Source: Pirellulales bacterium (GTDB lineage Bacteria > Planctomycetota > Planctomycetia > Pirellulales > JAICIG01). From it: a stretch of 64,000 nt of DNA. Made by a program: the position numbers and the translations under genes. A model generated the notes under the pieces. That model made no database searches, was not told where the DNA came from, and worked only from the letters and a program-made list of their open reading frames with translations. The first letter of the stretch is position 1, and the number at the start of each line of letters is the position of its first letter. Shown here piece by piece: positions 58,304 through 64,000 of this stretch. The stretch lies in NCBI GenBank assembly GCA_040901675.1, contig JBBDYJ010000041.1, positions 81,651 to 145,650 on the forward strand, given 5' to 3'.

Positions 58304-58671
58304 GCGTTGCGGGCAAGAACAGTGCGGAAAGCCGGGTCTCCAAAGCCGTCCCCATGCTACGCCGGCAAGAGGGGAGAGGGAAGGGGGCGGGCAAGGCTAA
58401 AGGCAGAAGGCAGAAGGACGAAGGCAGAAGGACGAAAGGGGCGGCCACACGAACCCGACGCGCCAGCGAGGAGCTTGCATGGTCCACACGCGTCGGGCCA
58501 GCAATACCGGGCTCGAAACGCTGCAATCCAACCGTTGATAACTGAAAATTTCCCGAAAAACCCGCCTGGACGGAGCGAGCGGTTTCTGCGACACTCCGCC
58601 GCCAAAATCCATCGCCCGAGATGCGCCTCGCGCCCGGGCGCGGATCGCGTCCAACTGTTGAAGGATTGTCC

Positions 58672-58839
58672 ATGAACCTGCATCCGATCGGCTGGCTCAG
58701 CCGGATTCTACGCAGCCTGGTTTTTCTGGCGGCGATCGGCGTCGTGAGCCTGTCGATGACCGGCTGCGTCAGCGGCCAGCGGAGCAACATGCCGCAAACC
58801 GTGGACGAATGGATGGCCCAACCTCGCTTGGATCCTTGA
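58672..58839 (+). CDS. Small lipoprotein (55 aa)
   Basis: AAGGA RBS, hydrophobic stretch, lipobox SMTG-C, tail PQTVDEWMAQPR. Confidence 0.55.
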   Translation: MNLHPIGWLSRILRSLVFLAAIGVVSLSMTGCVSGQRSNMPQTVDEWMAQPRLDP

Positions 58840-58840
58840 C

Positions 58841-59071
58841 ATGAACAGTTCGGCTCGACGGCAGGGGGCATTCTGGCGACCAGTGGTTTTTCTGGCAGCC
58901 GTGTGGTGTGCCGGCTGCGGCCCGGCGACCCGGGTCGACCGCCACACGAGCGCCTGGCCGTTGGCGCGGGACAAGCACCCGGCCCACCAGGACGTGGACA
59001 AGGCGTTCATGAAAAAGGTGGCCAAGGATCCCTTCCCCACGGCGCAAGAACGGGGCTTGTTCGGGATGTAG
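58841..59071 (+). CDS. Small lipoprotein (76 aa)
   Basis: Hydrophobic stretch with CAG-C lipobox; tail VAKDPFPTA; starts 1 bp after the previous stop. Confidence 0.55.
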   Translation: MNSSARRQGAFWRPVVFLAAVWCAGCGPATRVDRHTSAWPLARDKHPAHQDVDKAFMKKVAKDPFPTAQERGLFGM

Positions 59072-59190
59072 TGCCGCCGGCCGCGCTGCGGCGCATGGTC
59101 AACCGCGCCGATGCCGAATAGAATCGGCTGCGGCCTCTGCTCGGTTTCCGACGTCCTTGCGCGCCTGACGCCCGCCCCCTGCGCCCTCGA

Positions 59191-61449
59191 ATGAACTCGA
59201 CGCTGCCGAAATACGAAGTCGTCCTGCTCGGCGCGGGGCACACGAATGCCCACGTCCTGCGGATGTGGCGGATGTCGCCTCTCCCCGATGCCCGGCTCAC
59301 GGTGGTCTCCAACTACTCCGTCGCCACCTACTCGGGCATGTTGCCCGGCACGCTGGCCGGACTCTACCCGCCCGAACGGATGCAGATCGACCTCGTCCGC
59401 CTGTGCGCGGCGGCCCGCGCCCGCTTGATCCGCTCGCCGGTGGTGGGGCTCGACCACCAGCGGCTGGAACTGTTATTCCACGACCGCCCTGCCCTGCCCT
59501 TCGACGTGCTGTCGATCGGCATCGGTTCCGTCCCCAATCAGGCCGGCCTCGAAGCCGGCGCCGCCGTGCTGCCAATCAAGCCGATGCAAACGTTCCTGGC
59601 GCGCCTCGACGAGCGGCTCGACTGCCTCGTGCGCTGCAAGCCGCGCGACGCCTTGCGGTTGGTGGTGGTCGGGGGCGGAGCCGGCGGCGTCGAGATCGCG
59701 TTTTGCCTGCCGGCCCACTTGCGGCAGAAGTACCCCACGCAGCCCTTCGAACTGGCGCTGATCGACGGCCACGACGACCTGTTGCCCGGTTTTCCCGGCA
59801 AGACCGTCGTCACCGCTCGGCGCATCCTGCACCAGCGCGGCGTGCGGCTCGTGCTGGGCCGCACGGTGACCGGGGTCCAAAACGATCAACTGGCGCTCGA
59901 CGACGGCAGGTTGTTGCGGGCCGATCTCGCGCTGTGGGCCACTAGCGCCACGGCCGGCGAGCTGTTGAAGCGGATGGGGCTGCCCACCGACGACCAGGGC
60001 TTCCTGCTCACCAGGCCGACGCTGCAGACCGTGGCCGATGCGCCGATCTTTGTCGTCGGCGACTCGGGCACCTGCCCCGAGCGTCCCACGCCCAAAGCCG
60101 GCGTGTTCGCGGTCCGGCAGGGGCCGATCCTCTGGGAGAACATCGGCCGGCACTTGCGCGCCGAGCCCCTATTGGAGTACGAGCCGCAAAGCAATTTCCT
60201 CTCGCTCTTGGCCACCGGCGACGGCCGCGCGCTGCTCAGCTACAAGGGGTTCAGCTTTCACGGCCGCTGGTGCTGGCGGCTGAAGGACTACATCGACGGC
60301 CGCTTCATGGACAAGTACCAGGATTACACCCCCATGCCCATGTCGGCCGCCCGGCAACCGCTCGAACCTGCTCAGGCCATGCGCTGCACGGGTTGCGGCG
60401 GCAAGGTCGGCGCGGCCGTGCTCGCCAGCGTCCTCAAGCGGCTCGATGTCCCCGCCTCCAGTCACGTGTTGTTGGGGCTCGACAAGCCGGACGACGCGGC
60501 CATCCTCCAGCCGCCTGGCGGCCGGCCGATTGTCGCGACCGTCGACTTCTTCGCCTCCTTTCTCGACGACCCATACCTCGTGGGCCGCATTGCGGCGATC
60601 AACTCGCTCAGCGATGTATTTGCCCTGGGCGCCACGCCGCTTGCGGCGCTGACGATGGCCACGGTTCCCGTCGGCCGCCCCCGGCAGCAGGAGCAGTTGC
60701 TCTATGAGCTGCTGCACGGCGGGCTGGAAGAGCTTCGCCGCGCCGGTGCCACGCTGATCGGCGGCCACACCATCGAAGGGCCGGCCGTGACCATCGGCTT
60801 CACCCTCTTGGCCGATGCCGGCCGCGAAAAGCCCACGCTGAAAAGCGGCTTGCGTCCGGGAGACCGCCTGGTGCTGACCAAGCCCTTGGGGTCGGGCATC
60901 CTGCTGGCCGCCCAGATGCAGGCCCGCTGCCGGGCCGCCTGGATGGACCCGTTGATCGAAGTTCTGCTGCAAAGCAACCAGCGCCCGGCGGCCCTGGCCC
61001 ACGAGTTCGAAGTGGACGCGATCACCGACGTGACCGGTTTCGGCCTGGCGGGCCATTTGCTCGAGATGTTGCGGGCCGGCGACGTGGCGGCCGAGCTGGA
61101 TCTTTCCAGGATTCCGCTGCTCGACGGGGTTGCCGAACTGCTGGCCGAGGGTATCGAGAGCACCTTGGCGCCGGCCAACCGATCGGTGGAAAACGAGATC
61201 GACAATCGCCGTTGGAACGAGACCCGCATGCCGGGCCCCGCGTCCGACGGGCAGCCGCGGCTGGCGCCGTTGGCGGCCGCCTACCAGGCGCTCTTCGACC
61301 CGCAGACGTCCGGCGGGCTGTTGCTGGGAGTGGCCGAGCGACGGCTCGAAGCGCTCTTGGCGCGGCTGGCCGGCGAGCGCATAGCCGCCAGTCCAATCGG
61401 GCGAGTGCTTGCCGCAGTTGGTCCCGAGCCTCGGCTGACGCTCGTGTAG
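59191..61449 (+). CDS. selD: Selenide, water dikinase fused to an N-terminal FAD-dependent (NADH dehydrogenase-like) oxidoreductase
   Basis: N-terminus GAGH, YSGMLPG, GGGAGGVE, PKAGVFAVRQG; C-terminus MRCTGCGGKVG, DDAA, TVDFF, GGHT, LTKPLG, TDVTGFGLAGH, DPQTSGGLL. Confidence 0.93.
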   Translation: MNSTLPKYEVVLLGAGHTNAHVLRMWRMSPLPDARLTVVSNYSVATYSGMLPGTLAGLYPPERMQIDLVRLCAAARARLIRSPVVGLDHQRLELLFHDRPALPFDVLSIGIGSVPNQAGLEAGAAVLPIKPMQTFLARLDERLDCLVRCKPRDALRLVVVGGGAGGVEIAFCLPAHLRQKYPTQPFELALIDGHDDLLPGFPGKTVVTARRILHQRGVRLVLGRTVTGVQNDQLALDDGRLLRADLALWATSATAGELLKRMGLPTDDQGFLLTRPTLQTVADAPIFVVGDSGTCPERPTPKAGVFAVRQGPILWENIGRHLRAEPLLEYEPQSNFLSLLATGDGRALLSYKGFSFHGRWCWRLKDYIDGRFMDKYQDYTPMPMSAARQPLEPAQAMRCTGCGGKVGAAVLASVLKRLDVPASSHVLLGLDKPDDAAILQPPGGRPIVATVDFFASFLDDPYLVGRIAAINSLSDVFALGATPLAALTMATVPVGRPRQQEQLLYELLHGGLEELRRAGATLIGGHTIEGPAVTIGFTLLADAGREKPTLKSGLRPGDRLVLTKPLGSGILLAAQMQARCRAAWMDPLIEVLLQSNQRPAALAHEFEVDAITDVTGFGLAGHLLEMLRAGDVAAELDLSRIPLLDGVAELLAEGIESTLAPANRSVENEIDNRRWNETRMPGPASDGQPRLAPLAAAYQALFDPQTSGGLLLGVAERRLEALLARLAGERIAASPIGRVLAAVGPEPRLTLV

Positions 61450-61450
61450 G

Positions 61451-61609
61451 GTTCGTAGCGACCCCATTGATCGGGTCTTCCCGTTCGTAGTGACCCCATT
61501 TATGGGGTCCTCCTCGCCGTATCGTCGTAGTGACCCGATTGATCGGGTCCCGCTGCTCGTTTTAACACTCGAGCGGGGTGGCTGGGGCAAAGCGATAAGC
61601 GTGCCCCAG
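61451..61609 (+). repeat. Three family-C GTAG REP palindromes plus a further hairpin between convergent genes
   Basis: Copies at 61451-61477, 61483-61509 and 61524-61549; ctggggca..tgccccag hairpin at 61582-61609. Confidence 0.8.
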
Positions 61610-61626
61610 TAGCGATGTGAGGAAGT

Positions 61627-61902
61627 TTATTTTTCGGCCGATCCTGAGGCGCTCGTCAGACGCGCGCCGGAGAGCCGTTCGCCGATGACGGCCAGCATCT
61701 GGCCTTCGTCCGGAAAGGTGTCGGTCTTGAGCTTCGAGTAAACCAGCTCGCCGTTGAGGCTCAACTCGAAACAGCCGCCACCCGCCGGGATCAGCGTGAG
61801 ACTCTGGATCTGCTGCTTGTACGTCGTGAGTATCTGGCTCGCCAAACTGACGGCCTTCGGCTCGTAGTTTCAAACCGAGCAATAACGCAATTCGATCTTC
61901 AT
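61627..61902 (-). CDS. SelW/SelT/SelH (Rdx) family selenoprotein, CxxU, 91 aa
   Basis: AGGAGG RBS, ATG at 61902: MKIELRYCSV-TGA(61870-61872)-NYEPKAVSLASQIL..IPAGGGCFELSLNGELVYSKLKTDTFPD, in frame with ORF 61627-61845. Confidence 0.9.
61841..61854 (-). promoter_or_regulatory. Candidate SECIS upper stem-loop
   Basis: GCCG-UCAGUU-UGGC starting 15 nt after the UGA; short stem with GU in the loop. Confidence 0.5.
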
Positions 61903-61934
61903 CGCTTGCCTCCTGGTGGCGTGTCCCGGTCAAT

Positions 61935-62147
61935 TCAGCGGGTCTTGGACTTGCCGCGCGCCGCCTTTTTCCGGCCGGATTTATGAACGGCGGCAAGGCG
62001 GCGGCCGGCACCCTTACTCATCTTACGCCCGGAAGCCTTGCCGGGCCGCCCCCTTGCGGCAGCTTTTTTCCTTGCACCCTGCTTGCCGAAAATCGATTCC
62101 CAACCGGCGGCGTACTTCTTGGTGGTCCCGACGTGCGTGACGGTCAC
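61935..62147 (-). CDS. Small very basic K/R/A-rich protein
   Basis: VGTTKKYAAGWESIF head followed by a K/A/R-rich tail; GGGAG upstream of GTG. Confidence 0.6.
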   Translation of the reverse strand: MTVTHVGTTKKYAAGWESIFGKQGARKKAAARGRPGKASGRKMSKGAGRRLAAVHKSGRKKAARGKSKTR

Positions 62148-62319
62148 GGTTCATTTTCTCCCATGGCTCAACAATCGACAGGCGTCCGATACAACTGGTA
62201 CCGCAACCCTCTCGGGCGGTCAAGGGCCGGCAGGGCGAGTCGCAAGGATCTGGGGATGCGCCGGCGCTTTGTCCCAGCCAACCCGGATCTCAGCCGGCCG
62301 CCGCGAATGGCGGCGTAGA

Positions 62320-64000
62320 TTACTCGTCGCGATACGGCAATGGGCGGGGCATTTGAATGCTGGGGTCGGGAGGCGGGACACCGGGCGGAAGGTCCTCGAG
62401 GGGCCCGACTTCTTCGACCGGCATCGCGTTCGGGTCGATGCCGGCGTCCAGCAGCCATTCCACCGGCACCTCGGGCGGCAAGGGACAGTAGGCCTCGGCC
62501 GCCGCGATGGCCTCCTCCAATGGCTGGTCGATCCACAACCCGAACTCGTCGAGCTGCATGATGCCCAGCTCGCGCATCAGGACCATGCGGCTCGCATAGT
62601 AGTTCAGCCAAACGCTCATGAAATTGTTCTGGGCGGCGGACAAGGCGTCGACGGCCGATAAAAGGTTTTGCGCCGCCGTAGGACCCAGCGCCGCGGGCGG
62701 CTGTCCGGGCTCGGTCGGGGGAGGCGGCTCCTGCAAGTCCTCGCGCGTCTGGTCGACGCGTCGCACGGCGATGGCCACCGCCCGCCGCTGGATTTCGAGG
62801 TTGAGCTGGAGTTGTTCCAGCGTGCGCAGGTTCTGCCGCAGGCTCTGGTGCACCTGGTCTTCGAACTGGATCAACTGGCGGCGGTCGCGCTGGTAGGTGA
62901 TCAGCACCGAGCGGTAGTTGTTGCGTTCCAGGAGCCGCGTGAACGGCGGGTCGATGCTCAGGCCGGCCCGCAAGCTGCCGGTGTCGCCCCGAAAATTCAG
63001 CGGGTTGTCGCCCTGAGTAGCGATATCGCCGCTGAATGTGACGCTGACGTTGGAGCGCAGAGCATTGGCGTTGAACTGGATCAACCGCCAGGTATCGACC
63101 AGCGCGGCACGGTTGTTCATCCAGTCGAGCCGATTAGCGCGGGCGATCCGCAGCGCGTCGGCCGCCTCCAGCTCGACCGGTTCCATCACCACCGATTCCA
63201 GCCGTGCCCGGGCCTGGACCAGCGACAGCTCCTGGGTCAGATCGGAGAGGCTGCTCGACAGCGCCACCAGGCTGTCGGCCGTACGAGCGCGGGTGGCAGG
63301 CGTCAGACCGGCCCGGATGGCTTCCAGCTCGGCGCCTAACCGCTCATGGCGAACGCGGAACTCCTCGAGGCTGGCGATGAGACGCTCGACGTCGGCGGCG
63401 AAAGCGGGACGCTCCTGGGCCGGCATCAGCCGCTCGCGATCCGCCGCGCGGGACCCCAGGTTGTCGAGGTCTTGCTGCACCAGGTCGAAGCGGCGGTCCA
63501 CCTCGGCGCCCAGCCGCCGGAGTTCTTCGATGGCTGCCTCCAGGTCCGCCAACGCCGGCTCCTGAGGTAATTCGCCGATCCGCTCGACGAACTCGGCAAA
63601 GGCGCTTTGCAGCTCGGTCATGCGAACGTCGATGAACTGGAATTGCTGAATCAGGCTGCTATCCAGGCTGATCGGCAGGTCGGGCGGCAAGCCCAGCGTT
63701 GTCCGCTTGAATGTGTCCAGCGAGCTCTGGAAGCCGACCTGAGCCTGCAGCAAGTTGGCTCGAGCCGTCTCGATGCTCTGGCGGAAAGCATCGACCTGCG
63801 TCAAATCGATGAGTCCGGCTTCCAGGTTGGCCTCCAGCAGCTCCAGCGTGCGAATCTGCAGGTTCAGGCTGGCCTGCGTATTGCCGATCTGCTGTTGCTG
63901 TTGCAGCAACCCGATGAACCCGCCCACCGTGCCGGCTCCGCCACCGGCCGCCCCCAAAGCGGCGCCCCCGCCGGCCCCGTCGGCACCGCCGAAGAAGCCG
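62320..64000 (-). CDS. TolC-like outer-membrane efflux family protein (5' end outside window)
   Basis: Long amphipathic helices, RLDWMNNRAALVD.WR, PFTRLLERNNYR, L.AAQNNFMSVW; frame open to the window edge. Confidence 0.7.
   Translation of the reverse strand, partial: GFFGGADGAGGGAALGAAGGGAGTVGGFIGLLQQQQQIGNTQASLNLQIRTLELLEANLEAGLIDLTQVDAFRQSIETARANLLQAQVGFQSSLDTFKRTTLGLPPDLPISLDSSLIQQFQFIDVRMTELQSAFAEFVERIGELPQEPALADLEAAIEELRRLGAEVDRRFDLVQQDLDNLGSRAADRERLMPAQERPAFAADVERLIASLEEFRVRHERLGAELEAIRAGLTPATRARTADSLVALSSSLSDLTQELSLVQARARLESVVMEPVELEAADALRIARANRLDWMNNRAALVDTWRLIQFNANALRSNVSVTFSGDIATQGDNPLNFRGDTGSLRAGLSIDPPFTRLLERNNYRSVLITYQRDRRQLIQFEDQVHQSLRQNLRTLEQLQLNLEIQRRAVAIAVRRVDQTREDLQEPPPPTEPGQPPAALGPTAAQNLLSAVDALSAAQNNFMSVWLNYYASRMVLMRELGIMQLDEFGLWIDQPLEEAIAAAEAYCPLPPEVPVEWLLDAGIDPNAMPVEEVGPLEDLPPGVPPPDPSIQMPRPLPYRDE

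Noticed and set aside
60379..60410. SelD as a selenoprotein itself
   Set aside because: The active-site loop reads MRCTGCGGK with TGC codons and no in-frame TGA.
1..64000. tRNA-Sec, selA, selB, rRNA/tRNA genes, integrases or transposases
   Set aside because: None recognised by eye in this window; absence here says nothing about the rest of the genome.

Overview
High-GC bacterial chromosomal DNA, most likely Planctomycetota (Pirellulales-like). The evidence is a Planctomycete-type 'LERRDMLA' export signal, DUF1559 prepilins, a BON mini-protein and GTAG-type REP families. The left 13 kb is an Rhs polymorphic-toxin locus. It holds a ~2930-aa Calx-beta/YD/Rhs/Hint/toxin protein with two unusual internal insertions, a truncated immunity ORF missed by the ORF track, a HEAT-repeat gene, an orphan Rhs-toxin/immunity cassette, and a conserved palindromic motif at cassette boundaries. 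The rest is mostly housekeeping: MFS, PaaK-like ligase, Gld-type ABC system, nadB, uxaA, IDH, lpxK, an LPS heptose/core cluster, cysC, glgP, two DHS-like genes, a T2SS/T4P-like cluster, efpL, proC, a selD fusion and a partial TolC-like gene. The main hidden result is two genes that the ORF track splits at in-frame TGA codons lying exactly in redox motifs. One is a secreted thioredoxin-fold UxxC protein with a helical C-terminal half (30954-32147). The other is a SelW/Rdx CxxU protein (61627-61902) convergent with selD. Each has a candidate SECIS hairpin, so both are probable selenoproteins. All family assignments come from motif recognition by eye; no database searches were run.
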